The notes: generated by a model not told the origin, from the letters alone. A stretch of 64,000 nt of DNA from Spirochaetia bacterium (GCA_963668315.1 OY764216.1:3840001-3904000); one strand, 5' to 3'; shown: positions 1 through 11,086, counted from the stretch's first letter. Made by a program: numbers and translations.

Positions 1-1171
1 AGGCGGGAATGGCGAAATTCACACCCTCGTAATCTTCCACGCCCGCATAAACGATGCCTATGGCTTCCCCTTTCTGATTGATGAGGGGCCCGCCGGAATT
101 ACCCGGATTGATGGGAACATCCACCTGCAGGGAGCGTCCCATGGCCTGCAGCTCCCGCCCCAGATTGGATATGGTGCCGCTCGTCACCGTGTTGGATAGT
201 CCTCCCGGAGATCCGATGGCAAAAATGCTTTCACCGAGAGAATAATCGTCCTCCGGGGAGAAGGAAAATACATAGGGCGGCGTGATCTCCACCTTCAGCA
301 GAGCCAGATCGAGAACGGGGTCCCAGCCGACGACAACCGCGGGAATCCGTTCATTCTCATTCTCATTCAGTTTCACATACAAGCGGGAGTACCCTTCATA
401 TGTCGGGTCAACCTCGCTGGATATAACATGATAGTTTGTGAGGAGATATCCCTTCGAATCGATAAAAAAACCGCTGCCGATGACTCTGTCCGGATAGCCG
501 ATCCCGTTTTCAAGCCGTATACCCCGGTTGACCCAGATGGTCGCCGTGCCGTTCAACATATCCTTTTTCTGAGTGTTTCCCTCCAGAAAAGCAAGACTCT
601 CTTCGGAAAGAGTTTCCCCCTCACCGGAAAGCATATCAGAAAGCAGCGCCAGGGAGGATGACTGGCGGTTTTCCAGAAAATAGTCCTCCAGGGAGGCTAG
701 CTGCCCTTTATCAAGGGACATATCCCTCCCCTTCTCCAGAAACCAGCTGGCCGCCGCACCGGCGTACTCCTGCTCCATAAGATAGGAAAGGTAGTCAAAG
801 TAGAGTTCGCCCCTGCTTATCTCAAGAAGATCTTCATTTCCCGTTCTCTGAAGACTATAGAAAAGGGAAAGGGCCTGCGAATACTCCTCTGAGGCAAGGG
901 CGCTGCGGAATTCTCCTGCCAGCCCTTCCTTGAGATCGGCCTGAATAGACGTCCAGTCCTCCCCCTCTTTTCCCTGCGGATAGAGGGAATAGAACCGCAT
1001 ATAAGCGGAACGGTAACTCTCTTCCCTGATCAGCTGGCGGAAATAATCCTGATCATATTCCCTTGTCTTGATATTTGAAACATAATCGGCCCCGGCATCC
1101 TTAGTGGCACAGGCCGACAGAAAAAGTGCAAGGATAAAAATACATAGTCTAACGATACCATTGAGCTTCAA
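1..1171 (-). CDS. S1C/trypsin-like (HtrA-type) serine protease lipoprotein, 3' end runs off the window
   Basis: Not in the ORF track because it is open at the window edge. My translation from TTG 1171 (GGGAGAG upstream) gives MKLNGIVRLCIFILALFLSAC (lipobox-like). The same frame later reads LQVDVPINPGNSGGPLINQKGEAIGIV...NFAIPA (catalytic Ser motif at about 85-110). Overlaps the stop of the upstream gene. Confidence 0.85.
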   Translation of the reverse strand, partial: MKLNGIVRLCIFILALFLSACATKDAGADYVSNIKTREYDQDYFRQLIREESYRSAYMRFYSLYPQGKEGEDWTSIQADLKEGLAGEFRSALASEEYSQALSLFYSLQRTGNEDLLEISRGELYFDYLSYLMEQEYAGAAASWFLEKGRDMSLDKGQLASLEDYFLENRQSSSLALLSDMLSGEGETLSEESLAFLEGNTQKKDMLNGTATIWVNRGIRLENGIGYPDRVIGSGFFIDSKGYLLTNYHVISSEVDPTYEGYSRLYVKLNENENERIPAVVVGWDPVLDLALLKVEITPPYVFSFSPEDDYSLGESIFAIGSPGGLSNTVTSGTISNLGRELQAMGRSLQVDVPINPGNSGGPLINQKGEAIGIVYAGVEDYEGVNFAIPA

Positions 1172-2837
1172 ATTTTCTCTCCCAACTTAGATAATCACCC
1201 ATATCACGGGGGTCTTCCCTATGGGGTATCACGGTTTCGACCACCTCTCCGTAGGTTCCGGTCAAAAGGCCGTCCATCAGGCTGTCGCCGTCATAATCCC
1301 AGATTTTCAAAGGAATAAACGACCAGTCCTCAAAGAAATCAGAACTTCCGTTTCCCTCATAATTAACGGCATAGCCGCTCCAGACACCCTTCTCATAATA
1401 CTCAAAAAGATCAAAAATTCCATCCCCGTCCAAATCCCTCCGGGCGGCGGATATCCGGCCGTTCTCAATCAGGACCTGCCGCGTGAATTTTCCCTGCCCT
1501 TCGGGATCTTCCTCATAGGCGATCACCTCTCCTTCCACCACATAGTACTTCCTGGTCGCCACTCCGCCCTTGCTTTCATCGATGGAGCGGCACTTTGCCA
1601 GAAGAATATGATAGGGGATTTGAATATCCTCTTCCAGGACGAGGACGGCTAACTCCATCACCTGGGGATTATCCCCGTCACGAAGGGCGCTTTCGGGAAA
1701 AAATGCATTATCGGCGAGGGAGAACCGGGAATAGAGGTAATCAAACTTCTGAGAATTCCCTCTCTTTTCCCTTACCAACTGCTTCAGATAGGGCCACTCA
1801 TAGAAACGGTACTCAATGCTCCCCGTATCACGTCCCGAACTTTCCCACAGAGCGGGTCGGCCATCCTCTCCCCACGCGATACGGGTATCCCAGCGGCCGT
1901 CTCTGTCCCGGTCGGCCTGCAGGATCTTCCCTTCCGTGAGAATGATCTCAGGATAGCCGTCCCCGTCCCCGTCATAGGAGAATTCACCCTCTTCCCCGAG
2001 GAGATAACGATTGAGGATCTCCCGGGCGGGATCATCGGCTAAATCATAAAAGCGGCGCAGGATAACAAGATCGCGGGGTTTCCATGTATCAAGATAATCG
2101 GAAATGATCCGGGAGGAGCCATTCCCGCCGGAGCGAAGCTTCTCCTCAGCAATGAGAAGATCTCCCCATCGGTCGTTCCGGCTCCTGTACCATGAATAGA
2201 GGGAGGAATCCAGTGTCCCCGTTTTATATAGCCGTTCAAATATCCGGCCCATCACATCCTTTTCATCATCCCAGTTATAGAGAAGGGTCTGAACCCATTC
2301 CGTCCGTCCCCCCGCTACGGCCAGGACATAGAACCGCCAGTCATCGGGATAAAGATCGATGCCCTTACGTCCTCTTCTGGCGGCCTCTTCTATCCGGCCC
2401 AGGGAGAAATCTGCCCAGCCGGCGGCCAGAAGCACACTTTTTCTGTTAACACGATGAAAGGCCGTACCCTTCTCGGCCTCAAGGATTTTCTCCCATTTCC
2501 CCAGGCGGCTCATAAGAGGAAAATAGAGATCGATGAACCGGTCCAGATCGCCTCCTTCCCAGTCATGGCTCTGCCATGCCCTGTCCAGGGAAGCTTCCGC
2601 CTCGGGAAAAAGTTCCTTGTCGTATTCGTAAAGCCCCTTGAAAAACCAGAGACCCGAAAGGGAATCGTCATAATCCAGGCCGTTGTCCACCAGACGGAAC
2701 GCCCCCTCTTCATCTTCAGACCAGAGGTCGTCAATATTTCTGAGGTATACGAGGGCGATATCCCTGTCCGCTCCGGAAAGGAGCATAGCTCCCCCCAGGA
2801 AAGAGAAAAGAAGAATCAGAAGAATTTTTCTCGTCAT
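1149..2837 (-). CDS. Exported hypothetical protein: TPR-like helical N-half, multiple DxDxDG-like motifs in C-half
   Basis: 562 aa with a signal peptide. Motifs YDGDGDGYPE, DRDRDGRWD, DLDGDGIFD, DYDGDSLMD. ATGA overlap with the ftsH stop. Confidence 0.7.
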   Translation of the reverse strand: MTRKILLILLFSFLGGAMLLSGADRDIALVYLRNIDDLWSEDEEGAFRLVDNGLDYDDSLSGLWFFKGLYEYDKELFPEAEASLDRAWQSHDWEGGDLDRFIDLYFPLMSRLGKWEKILEAEKGTAFHRVNRKSVLLAAGWADFSLGRIEEAARRGRKGIDLYPDDWRFYVLAVAGGRTEWVQTLLYNWDDEKDVMGRIFERLYKTGTLDSSLYSWYRSRNDRWGDLLIAEEKLRSGGNGSSRIISDYLDTWKPRDLVILRRFYDLADDPAREILNRYLLGEEGEFSYDGDGDGYPEIILTEGKILQADRDRDGRWDTRIAWGEDGRPALWESSGRDTGSIEYRFYEWPYLKQLVREKRGNSQKFDYLYSRFSLADNAFFPESALRDGDNPQVMELAVLVLEEDIQIPYHILLAKCRSIDESKGGVATRKYYVVEGEVIAYEEDPEGQGKFTRQVLIENGRISAARRDLDGDGIFDLFEYYEKGVWSGYAVNYEGNGSSDFFEDWSFIPLKIWDYDGDSLMDGLLTGTYGEVVETVIPHREDPRDMGDYLSWERKFEAQWYR

Positions 2838-4705
2838 GTGTTCTCCCCGTCTCCGTCGTCCAGCTGTTTCTTATCAAGCCCCAGCAATTCCCGTATCTCC
2901 CAGTCTTCCATGGTTTCCTTTTTAACAAGACTTTCCGTCAGCTTATCAAGCATATCCTTATGCTGGCTTAATATATCTCTGGCACGGGCCACACCTTCGT
3001 CCAGAAATGCCTTCATTTCCAGATCGATTTTCCGGGCAGTCTGCTCGGAATAATTCTTATGTTTGGCCACTTCCCGGGCAAGGAAAATGGGTTCGTCCCC
3101 GTCTCCCAGAGCCATGGGCCCCAATTCAGGGCTCATGCCCCACTCACAGACCATGCGCCTTGCCAGTTCCGTTGCCTGCTTGATGTCATTCTGGGCTCCG
3201 GTTGTCGTTTCGCCGTAAACAAGTTCCTCCGCGGCGAATCCCCCGTAGCATATGACAATACGGTCTTTCAGCCATTGGAGGTTATGGGAATAGACGTCCT
3301 TTTCCGGCAGGGAAAGTGTCACACCCAGCGCCCGGCCCCGGGGAATGATAGTCACCTTGTGAAGAGGATCGGAGTGGGTCAGAAAATAGTGGACCAGAGT
3401 ATGTCCCGCTTCATGGCAGGCCGTCATCTTCTTTTCATCCTCGGTCATGACCTTGGATTTCCGCGCGACCCCCATGAGAACCTTGTCAACGGCCTCCTGA
3501 AAATCCCTGTGGGCCACGCTTTCCCTTTTACCCCGGGCGGCGAACAGGGCCGCCTCATTGGCCATATTCGCCAGGTCGGCCCCGGACGATCCCGGTGTGG
3601 CCCGGGCGATCCGCCTGAGATCGACCCCCCGTGCCAGCTTCATCCGTTTTGTATGGATTTCCAGGATAGCTTCCCTTTCGTTGACATCGGGAAGATCGAT
3701 GGTCACCTGCCTGTCAAAGCGCCCGGGCCTCAGCAGAGCCGGATCAAGGACGTCCGGTCTGTTCGTGGCGGCGATGATGATGATGCCCGAATTGGCATCG
3801 AATCCATCCATTTCCACCAGCAGCTGATTTAGAGTCTGCTCCCGCTCATCATGGCCTCCGCCGTATCCGGCTCCCCGGGAGCGTCCCACCGCATCAAGCT
3901 CATCGATGAAAAGAATACAGGGTGCGTTTTTGCGGCCCTTCTCAAAAAGATCTCTTACCCGGCTGGCTCCCACGCCGACAAACATCTCCACGAAGTCCGA
4001 TCCGGACATATGGAAAAAGGAGACGCCCGCCTCGCCGGCCACGGCCCTTGCCAGCAGAGTCTTACCCGTGCCGGGAGGTCCGACCAGCAGAACACCCCGG
4101 GGGATCCTGGCGCCGATTTTTGTAAAACGGTGGGGCTCTTTAAGAAATTCGACCACTTCTTCCAGTTCATATTTCGGCTCGGCCTGTCCGGCGACATCAT
4201 CGAACGTCGTCATGGTGGAGCCCTTCTCATAAAGTTTCGCCTTGCTTTTACCGAAGGAAAAACCCTGACTTCCCCCGCCCTGCATATTGCGGAAAATCCA
4301 GAACAGAAAAAGAAAAGTAATGGCCCAGGGGATAAGATTCAGAAGAAGCATTCCCAGGGGACTGGATTCGCTTCTCCCCCAGACATTCACATTATTATCA
4401 CGCAGAAGGGTCATGAGCGTATCATCGGGATAGGGAATGACGCTCTTCAGGTATCCGTAGGTACCGTTGCCCAGATCGCTTTTCAGCCGTCCCCGGATAT
4501 TGCGTTCATCCATGATCTCCACTTCGACGATATAATCTTCCTCGAGATACTCGAGAAAAACGGAATAGGAGACCTCCCTTTCGGTAACATTCTGCGCCAT
4601 GGAATAGAATAAAAAGAGAATGATCACCATGGCAATAGTGACATATAAACCTGCTCTTCCCCCCTGGGGTAGGTTGAAATTCCCTTTATTATTGTTGTCG
4701 AACAT
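2834..4705 (-). CDS. ftsH: ATP-dependent zinc metalloprotease FtsH
   Basis: Two N-terminal TM helices, Walker A GPPGTGKT, Walker [37 protein letters not shown] zinc motif. Confidence 0.98.
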   Translation of the reverse strand: MFDNNNKGNFNLPQGGRAGLYVTIAMVIILFLFYSMAQNVTEREVSYSVFLEYLEEDYIVEVEIMDERNIRGRLKSDLGNGTYGYLKSVIPYPDDTLMTLLRDNNVNVWGRSESSPLGMLLLNLIPWAITFLFLFWIFRNMQGGGSQGFSFGKSKAKLYEKGSTMTTFDDVAGQAEPKYELEEVVEFLKEPHRFTKIGARIPRGVLLVGPPGTGKTLLARAVAGEAGVSFFHMSGSDFVEMFVGVGASRVRDLFEKGRKNAPCILFIDELDAVGRSRGAGYGGGHDEREQTLNQLLVEMDGFDANSGIIIIAATNRPDVLDPALLRPGRFDRQVTIDLPDVNEREAILEIHTKRMKLARGVDLRRIARATPGSSGADLANMANEAALFAARGKRESVAHRDFQEAVDKVLMGVARKSKVMTEDEKKMTACHEAGHTLVHYFLTHSDPLHKVTIIPRGRALGVTLSLPEKDVYSHNLQWLKDRIVICYGGFAAEELVYGETTTGAQNDIKQATELARRMVCEWGMSPELGPMALGDGDEPIFLAREVAKHKNYSEQTARKIDLEMKAFLDEGVARARDILSQHKDMLDKLTESLVKKETMEDWEIRELLGLDKKQLDDGDGENT

Positions 4706-4840
4706 GGCGAAAGCTCCCTGTTTATCCTATAAAAAACGGTCCCGATCTTTTATTCAAAAAGATTTTATCACGTTTCTATCAATAATCATACAACTTTTCC
4801 CATACCACATCCAGTCAAAAAATTGATTCAAGGATAATTT

Positions 4841-5860
4841 CTAAGACCGTGAGATGAAGAGGCCGTCCCTGTTCAGACTGATCTGAAGCCCATGGCCGGA
4901 AAGCTCCAGACGGTCCGGAAGCGGCTCTTCCAGAAGAGGCCTGAGATACCGGTAGGGAACGCGCCGTCCCTTCCCGCCGGAAAGGCGTTCTCCCTGTAGG
5001 AGCCGGTCGATAATACGGTAAAGGGCATACTCCCTTAGGGCGGGATCAAGCCTTTGAAAAACCCCGCCGGGGAGGTGGAAACCACGGTCATCTTCCTCCC
5101 AGATGATACTCTCTCCCTGGCGGGAGAGGAAATTGTCATAGCGTGTGATCTTTTCCGAAAGATAAACCAGGGATGTTTCATAACCGGGAAAAACACGGTC
5201 AATTTCCGGGATGAGACCGTCCCTCAGATGATTCCTCAGGATATCCCTGTCTTTGTTGGTGGAATCCTCGGACCAGGGCACTCCCTCTTCGACCAGACAT
5301 CGGAGAAGCTCTTTTTTCGGAAAGGAAAGAAGAGGACGGATTCTCCTGTCCCCGGTCACGGGAAGAATCCCCTTCAGCCCCGCCATTCCGGCTCCCTGGA
5401 AAAATCGGGTGACCATTGTCTCGGCCTGATCATTGCCGTGATGGGCCAGGACTATATAGCGACACCCCTTCTCTTCGCGGGTACTTTCAAGAAAACGATA
5501 ACGGAAATCCCTGGCCGTATCCTCAAGACTGCTTTTTGTCTCCCGGGCCCTCTTTTCGATCTCCCCGGGATCGGCCTGGCCGACAATCAGTTTAAGCCCC
5601 CAGGACGTAACCGCGGATGCAATGAGGGCCGTTTCTTTTTCAAGTTCCTTCTCCGGCCGGAGATTGTGGTTGAAGTAGGCCGTCCACAGGGTATCCGTCC
5701 CCGATCCGGACATAAGGAGCAGTTCCTTTAGTGTATACACCAGGGCCATGGAGTCGGCCCCTCCGGAAAGGGCGATAAGCTGGGGGGTGTCAAGGGGAAT
5801 CCCGTGACGTCTGTACCAGTCACGGACTTCCGATTTAAGCTTGTTTGCCGTTGATCCCAT
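4841..5860 (-). CDS. tilS: tRNA(Ile)-lysidine synthetase (short form)
   Basis: PP-loop ALSGGADS, ARDFRY, LAHHGNDQAET, IRPLL, EDSTN..RN. Lies between pth and ftsH. Confidence 0.93.
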   Translation of the reverse strand: MGSTANKLKSEVRDWYRRHGIPLDTPQLIALSGGADSMALVYTLKELLLMSGSGTDTLWTAYFNHNLRPEKELEKETALIASAVTSWGLKLIVGQADPGEIEKRARETKSSLEDTARDFRYRFLESTREEKGCRYIVLAHHGNDQAETMVTRFFQGAGMAGLKGILPVTGDRRIRPLLSFPKKELLRCLVEEGVPWSEDSTNKDRDILRNHLRDGLIPEIDRVFPGYETSLVYLSEKITRYDNFLSRQGESIIWEEDDRGFHLPGGVFQRLDPALREYALYRIIDRLLQGERLSGGKGRRVPYRYLRPLLEEPLPDRLELSGHGLQISLNRDGLFISRS

Positions 5861-6443
5861 TCATAGCTCCCGCTGCACCCTTATCGATGATCTCATAGAA
5901 AGCATCAACCGAACGGCTGATTCCCCTAAGAAAAGATGTCCGTTCATCGCCGGAGGGCACACCCAGAACATGATCGATAACATTACCGCTGGAAGCAGGT
6001 CTTCCCACGCCTATATAGAGTCTTTTGAAATCGGATGTTCCCAAAACGGAAATAATGGATTTCAAACCGTTATGCCCTGCGCTGGAGCCCTTCAGTTTCA
6101 GACGAAGGTTCCCCGGATGCAGATCCATATTATCCACTGCGATGAGGAGATTCTCCGGCCCCACGCCGTAATGCTTCATGAGGGAGGGCAAAACCAGTCC
6201 GGACTTATTCATGTACGTAAGGGGTTTGACCAGAACGACACGTGTATCGTTCTTTATAAATTCTGCCTTCTGATAGTCGGTGAGAAAAGGTTTCCTGAAA
6301 GAGACATTCTCCCTTTCCGCAACCCCTTCTACACACAAAAACCCGACATTATGCCGGGTTTCCGAATAGGCGGAACCGGGATTACCCAGTCCAGCCAATA
6401 CAATGGTCTCAGAAAAGGACTTATTCTGCTGCCTCTTCTTCAC
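5835..6443 (-). CDS. pth: Peptidyl-tRNA hydrolase
   Basis: GLGNPG..Y..TRHNVGF, KPLTYMNKSG, GHNGLKSI, RLYIGVGRP. Exact start uncertain. Confidence 0.96.
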   Translation of the reverse strand: MKKRQQNKSFSETIVLAGLGNPGSAYSETRHNVGFLCVEGVAERENVSFRKPFLTDYQKAEFIKNDTRVVLVKPLTYMNKSGLVLPSLMKHYGVGPENLLIAVDNMDLHPGNLRLKLKGSSAGHNGLKSIISVLGTSDFKRLYIGVGRPASSGNVIDHVLGVPSGDERTSFLRGISRSVDAFYEIIDKGAAGAMNGINGKQA

Positions 6444-7014
6444 CTTCTACCTCGTCGCTGCTCTCGCCCTTAGGACGGGTAACAGTAACAACAGTTCTTG
6501 CTTCGCCATCCAGAATGGTAACGCCTGCAGGCTTCACCACGTCTCTTACGTGGATGGAATCACCCAGATTAAGAGCGGAAATATCAACGCTGATAGACTC
6601 AACCAGATCCTTGGGAAGACACTCGATTTCAAACATCTCGATTTTCAGCTCAAGAGTACCGCCGACCTTGCAACCGGGAGCATTTCCCACGAGTGTTACG
6701 GGGATATGAGTCTTGAGAGTCTTTCCCTTTTCAATCTCGAAGAAATCGATATGCTCGATAGAATCTTTTACAAGATTCTGCTGAAAATCCTTAACCAGTA
6801 CCTGGAAAGTTTCCTTTCCAAGGCTCAATTCAATAATGGTACTTTCAGAAATGGTTTTGAACTTCTGAGCAAATTCATGAGCGTCAACGATAATCGACTT
6901 AGGCTCCTGATGCCCGTAAACGACGGCGGGGATTTTGCCGGCCATTCTGTATCTTCTGGAAGCTCCTTTCCCTAGTTCAGTTCTAGCTTCACAACTTAGA
7001 GTCTTGTGCTCCAT
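6421..7014 (-). CDS. rplY: 50S ribosomal protein L25/Ctc
   Basis: GKGASRRYR..GKIPAVVYG, HIDF, C-terminal Ctc domain GGTLELK...LNLGDSIHV. SD AAGGAG upstream. Confidence 0.96.
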   Translation of the reverse strand: MEHKTLSCEARTELGKGASRRYRMAGKIPAVVYGHQEPKSIIVDAHEFAQKFKTISESTIIELSLGKETFQVLVKDFQQNLVKDSIEHIDFFEIEKGKTLKTHIPVTLVGNAPGCKVGGTLELKIEMFEIECLPKDLVESISVDISALNLGDSIHVRDVVKPAGVTILDGEARTVVTVTRPKGESSDEVEGEEEAAE

Positions 7015-7052
7015 TCCTCTATTCTCCTTAACCGTAAATTAACATTTTGGTT

Positions 7053-7126
7053 CTTGGACGGCAGGATTCGAACCTGCGAATGCCGGGATCAAAACCCGGT
7101 GGCTTAAACCTCTTGCCGACGTCCAA
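7053..7126 (-). tRNA. tRNA-Gln (anticodon TTG)
   Basis: Reverse complement folds with acceptor TTGGACG/CGTCCAA, anticodon arm CCGGG-TTTTGAT-CCCGG and T arm GCAGG-TTCGAAT-CCTGC. CCA not encoded directly. Confidence 0.95.
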
Positions 7127-7138
7127 TAATCTTTTTAT

Positions 7139-7420
7139 TTACTCCATTCCAGCCATACCGTCTTCCGGCCCCATGCTTTCAAAGGATTCGATAATCCTGT
7201 CCTGAAGCATGTTCCTGAAATCGGTATTGATAGGATGGGCAACATCCTTATATTCTCCGTTTTTTGTTTTCCGACTGGGCATTGCGATGAATGCACCGTT
7301 GTCACCTTCAATGATTTTGACGTTATGTACAACAAAGCAGTCATCGAACGTTACCGTTACGTAAGCCTTCAGCTTTCCTTCAGTGTCAACCTTTCTAATG
7401 CGGATATCAGTAATTTCCAT
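7139..7420 (-). CDS. spoVG: Septation regulator SpoVG (nucleic-acid binding)
   Basis: [62 protein letters not shown] supports the start at 7420. Confidence 0.96.
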   Translation of the reverse strand: MEITDIRIRKVDTEGKLKAYVTVTFDDCFVVHNVKIIEGDNGAFIAMPSRKTKNGEYKDVAHPINTDFRNMLQDRIIESFESMGPEDGMAGME

Positions 7421-7457
7421 TCGAGCATCCTCCAAATAGCGGAAAACAAGTTTCCTG

Positions 7458-8342
7458 CTATATTACAATACCGTAAGGTATAATATCAAGAGGGAGAACC
7501 GCATAAGTGGCAGGAAATTTACTCTTCATAACGATTTGGGCATCATTTAGGCGCTTAATATCGGTAAAAATCCCCACCATGGCACTGCCGCTGCCGGATA
7601 ATGTAACGAAGTCGGCCCCCCTAGTCAAGAGGGTTTCGGCGATACGGGACAATTGAATGTGCTCTTTATAGGTCGATTCGGCGAAACTGTTATAGTAGGG
7701 CCAGGAGGCGGGATTCACTTCGGAATAGATTCTCCCGATCTCCTCTTCCCCCAATCCCCATTCATGGGGAATGGCCGTTTCGCGCCGGCTTCTGTCCAGG
7801 GCGGAAAAAGCGGAGGGTGTGGAAATCGATATTCCCGGAAAGACGATGAGCACATGATAATCGGTCCTCGGCGCCAGGGGAGAGATTCCCTCCCCTCTTC
7901 CGGTGACAACTGCCGCCGTCGATTCCATGAAAAAAGGGACATCGCTCCCCAGCTCCGCCGCCAGCTCCATCCACTCTTCCCGGGATCGGTCCGACGGGGA
8001 GTGCTCCCTTAAGAGGCGCAGCAGGGTGGCACAGTTGCCGGAGCCGCCTCCCAGACCCGCCCCGGAGGGAATATTCTTCTCCAGGGAGATTCTGAGACCG
8101 GATGAGAAAAAGCCCCTCTGCCGGCAGAGTTCCCATGTTTTATAGAGGATATTGCTCTCAGACGGAAAGGGACAGTTCGATTCTATCACACATCCGTCAG
8201 CCCCTTCGGCAACGGTCATCCTGTCATAAAGGGAAACCATGACGAAGAGGGAACGCAGGGGATGAAAGCCGCTGCCGTCGGGCGGAGCCACATCAAGATG
8301 GAGATTTATCTTGGCGGGAGAGAGGATCTCACTTTTCCACAT
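7458..8342 (-). CDS. ispE: 4-diphosphocytidyl-2-C-methyl-D-erythritol kinase
   Basis: [13 protein letters not shown] motif [29 protein letters not shown]. Confidence 0.95.
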   Translation of the reverse strand: MWKSEILSPAKINLHLDVAPPDGSGFHPLRSLFVMVSLYDRMTVAEGADGCVIESNCPFPSESNILYKTWELCRQRGFFSSGLRISLEKNIPSGAGLGGGSGNCATLLRLLREHSPSDRSREEWMELAAELGSDVPFFMESTAAVVTGRGEGISPLAPRTDYHVLIVFPGISISTPSAFSALDRSRRETAIPHEWGLGEEEIGRIYSEVNPASWPYYNSFAESTYKEHIQLSRIAETLLTRGADFVTLSGSGSAMVGIFTDIKRLNDAQIVMKSKFPATYAVLPLDIIPYGIVI

Positions 8343-9900
8343 AATGGCATCCGATGGAGTGGGAGTTGCTGTTGGCGGCCCTTGTAATAATCGTAGCCGT
8401 TTCCACCGTATTCCTCAGCTCCACCAGCTTTCGGCCGATCCTCGCTTCCCGGTAAAACTTATCAATTCTGTGGCTGTAGTAATTCAGGTCCGACAGGGCC
8501 CGGTTCAGCCTTTTTCTGTTCCTGATGATACCCGTGTAATTCCACATGAGCGCGCGGACATTATCCCTGTCGCTTTTTACCAGGATGGGATCAAAATCAT
8601 CCTCCACGGCGGGAAAGATCCATTCAGGTATGGACTGGCGCAGCCTGAACGAGGGATGCACACCGCTGTCGGCCGATTTTTTACCGGCCCGGTAACCGTA
8701 GTACAATCCCTCGAGCAGAGAAATGGAGGCCAGGCGGTTCGCTCCATGGATACCGGTGCAGGCGGTTTCACCCACGGCCATGAGGCCGGGCAGAGAGGTA
8801 TAGCCGTCAAGATCCACTTTGACCCCGCCGCAGAAATAATGAGCCGCAGGAACAACGGGAATAAGATCATTGGCAATGTCTATCCCCACCGATTCGCATT
8901 TGTTGTGAATACCGGGGAAACGGTCCTTAAGTTCCAGATCAACCCCCCGGGCATCAAGGAAGACACAGGGCGTACCCGTTCTGTCCATCTCCCTGTATAT
9001 GGCTCTGGCCACTTCATCCCGGGGAGCCAGTTCCATCATCTCCGGATTATAGCGGGACATGAAGCGCTCCCCTTCCCGGTTAATAAGAGTGGCGCCCTCT
9101 CCCCTGAGGGATTCGGAAATGAGAAAATTCTTTACATCCCGATGGAAAAGAGTGGTGGGGTGAAACTGGACAAATTCGGCGTTGAGAATAGACGCCCCCG
9201 CGCGGTAGGCCATGGAGATGCCGTCACCGGACGCCATGCTGGGATTGGAAGTATGCTGGAACACCCCGCCGACTCCCCCCGTGGCCAGGATAATGGAAGC
9301 CCCATAGATATTCATGACCTCATTGGTTCTGATATCCAGCACATAAAGTCCGATTGCCCTGAGGGGGCGGTACCTCTCCTGGGGATCGGAGGAATTATGA
9401 CTGTTCGTAATGATATCCAGAGCCTGCATATAAGGATAGATTGTGATATGACCATCCATCCGGGAAACATACTTCAGGAGCGACTCTTCTATGGACCGCC
9501 CTGTCAGATCCCGGTCATGGTAGATTCTTCTTACCGAGTGGGCCGCTTCCCTTGTCAGGTCCAGATTACCCTTTTCATCCCGTGAAAAGGGAACGCCGGC
9601 CCGGTCCACCAGCAGGGAATCGACCAGATCGGGACCTTCCGAAGCCAGGAGGTGTACCGACTCCCGCCAGTTGAGCCCGTCACCGGCCTGAATGATATCA
9701 CGGGCGAGGCTGTCTCGGGAGTCCTCTTTGCCGTTTCCCACAATCCCGCCCTGGGCGAAATAGGTGTTGCAGTACCAGGGTTCATCGGCTTTTGTCAGAA
9801 CGGTGACATTAAGTCCCTCTTCAGCGGCACCTATGGCGGCAGCGAGGCCGGAAATACCCGAGCCTACAACGATTAGATCTGATACTACGGGCGGTTTCAT
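8329..9900 (-). CDS. nadB: L-aspartate oxidase
   Basis: FAD motif VVGSGISG, AQGGI, EAAHSVRRI, QFHPT, LISESLRGEG, PAAHYFCGG, GIHGANRLASISLLEG. Coupled to nadC. Confidence 0.95.
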   Translation of the reverse strand: MKPPVVSDLIVVGSGISGLAAAIGAAEEGLNVTVLTKADEPWYCNTYFAQGGIVGNGKEDSRDSLARDIIQAGDGLNWRESVHLLASEGPDLVDSLLVDRAGVPFSRDEKGNLDLTREAAHSVRRIYHDRDLTGRSIEESLLKYVSRMDGHITIYPYMQALDIITNSHNSSDPQERYRPLRAIGLYVLDIRTNEVMNIYGASIILATGGVGGVFQHTSNPSMASGDGISMAYRAGASILNAEFVQFHPTTLFHRDVKNFLISESLRGEGATLINREGERFMSRYNPEMMELAPRDEVARAIYREMDRTGTPCVFLDARGVDLELKDRFPGIHNKCESVGIDIANDLIPVVPAAHYFCGGVKVDLDGYTSLPGLMAVGETACTGIHGANRLASISLLEGLYYGYRAGKKSADSGVHPSFRLRQSIPEWIFPAVEDDFDPILVKSDRDNVRALMWNYTGIIRNRKRLNRALSDLNYYSHRIDKFYREARIGRKLVELRNTVETATIITRAANSNSHSIGCHYVEK

Positions 9901-10733
9901 CAGGATACCACCAGAGAGAAATCGAAAGCTTTTACGGAGTGAGTCAGCCGCCCTATGGAGATATAATCAACTCCCAGGGGGGAGTAGCGGCGGATTTTTT
10001 CCAGGTCCATATTTCCGGAGGCTTCAAATTTGACATCCCCCTCTCTCAGGGCCACCGCCTCGGAAGAAGCGGATTCATCCATATTATCCAGCATGATAAC
10101 ATCGATCTTATTGGCCAGAGCTTCCTTGACCTCGTCCAGGTTGCGGCATTCCACCTCTATGCGGAACCGGTCTCCCCACTTATCACGGACCTTGCCGACG
10201 GCGGCAGTTATGGAGCCGGCCGCGTCAATATGATTGTCCTTTATCATGACCATATCATAGAGTCCCATGCGGTGGTTCTGCCCGCCCCCGGCGGTTACGG
10301 CATATTTTGACAGTAGGCGGTAGCCGGGAAGGGTTTTCCTCGTGTCGAGGATGATGCAGTTCCCCTTCTCCGAGGCGGCTTTTACATGCCTGTACGTATC
10401 GGTGGCAATACCGGAAAGGAAGGAGAGAAAATTAATTCCCGTCCTTTCGCCTTCGAGTATCGTAACGGTGGGCCCTTTCAAACGGGCGATTTCGTCGCCC
10501 GGTTTAAGATATTCTCCGTCTTTCTTATATATTTCGATTTCAATGGAATCGTCGACCCGCTCGAAAACGCGTCGGAAATAATCGATACCGGCCAGAACGC
10601 CTTCGTCTTTGCTTCTCAGAAGAGCTTCTGTTCTTTCGGTGGAAAAAATGGCCCGTGATGTAACATCCCCGTTTTCCAGTAAATCCTCGGCAAGAGCCAG
10701 CTCAAGTAATTTTTCGAAATTATCCGTATTCAT
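9900..10733 (-). CDS. nadC: Nicotinate-nucleotide pyrophosphorylase (quinolinate phosphoribosyltransferase)
   Basis: ALAEDL..GDVTS, LEGERTGINFL, DTRKTLPG, HRMGLYD..MIKDNH, IMLDNM, EASG. Start moved to ATG 10733, 6 nt after a TATAAT. Confidence 0.95.
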   Translation of the reverse strand: MNTDNFEKLLELALAEDLLENGDVTSRAIFSTERTEALLRSKDEGVLAGIDYFRRVFERVDDSIEIEIYKKDGEYLKPGDEIARLKGPTVTILEGERTGINFLSFLSGIATDTYRHVKAASEKGNCIILDTRKTLPGYRLLSKYAVTAGGGQNHRMGLYDMVMIKDNHIDAAGSITAAVGKVRDKWGDRFRIEVECRNLDEVKEALANKIDVIMLDNMDESASSEAVALREGDVKFEASGNMDLEKIRRYSPLGVDYISIGRLTHSVKAFDFSLVVS

Positions 10734-10768
10734 AGCGCAATTATATGAGAAATTCATCTTCTTAACAA
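10734..10768 (-). promoter_or_regulatory. sigma70-like promoter, leaderless geometry, for the nadC-nadB-ispE operon
   Basis: TTGTTA-17 nt-TATAAT-6 nt-ATG, no SD. Confidence 0.7.
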
Positions 10769-10776
10769 TACGTCTA

Positions 10777-10806
10777 TTGACAGGAATAATCATTAGATTT
10801 TACTAT
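10777..10806 (+). promoter_or_regulatory. sigma70-like promoter for the acidic ORF
   Basis: TTGACA-18 nt-TACTAT, then AGGAG SD before ATG 10838. Confidence 0.7.
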
Positions 10807-10837
10807 TAAGTAAAGTCCAGTTTCAGGAGCCCCGCAC

Positions 10838-11086
10838 ATGTATGAAAATGCCCAGAGCTTCTTCCTATCCTCATCCGAAAGGGAAGATGAATTCGAAGAG
10901 GATATAGATAATTACGACAGGGAATTCAATTTCTATGACGACGGAATTGATAAGTATAAAAACGACAACCCCGATGATCTGGACGAAGACGACGACGACT
11001 TAATCGAAGACAATCAGACATTACCCCTCTTTGACGATGAGGAAATGGAAGAAATGCTGGAAGATTATGACGACATGGACGACTGA
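10838..11086 (+). CDS. Small, extremely acidic hypothetical protein (82 aa)
   Basis: Own promoter and SD. 37 of 82 residues are D/E, 4 are K/R. Stop abuts the rsfS stop. Confidence 0.75.
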   Translation: MYENAQSFFLSSSEREDEFEEDIDNYDREFNFYDDGIDKYKNDNPDDLDEDDDDLIEDNQTLPLFDDEEMEEMLEDYDDMDD

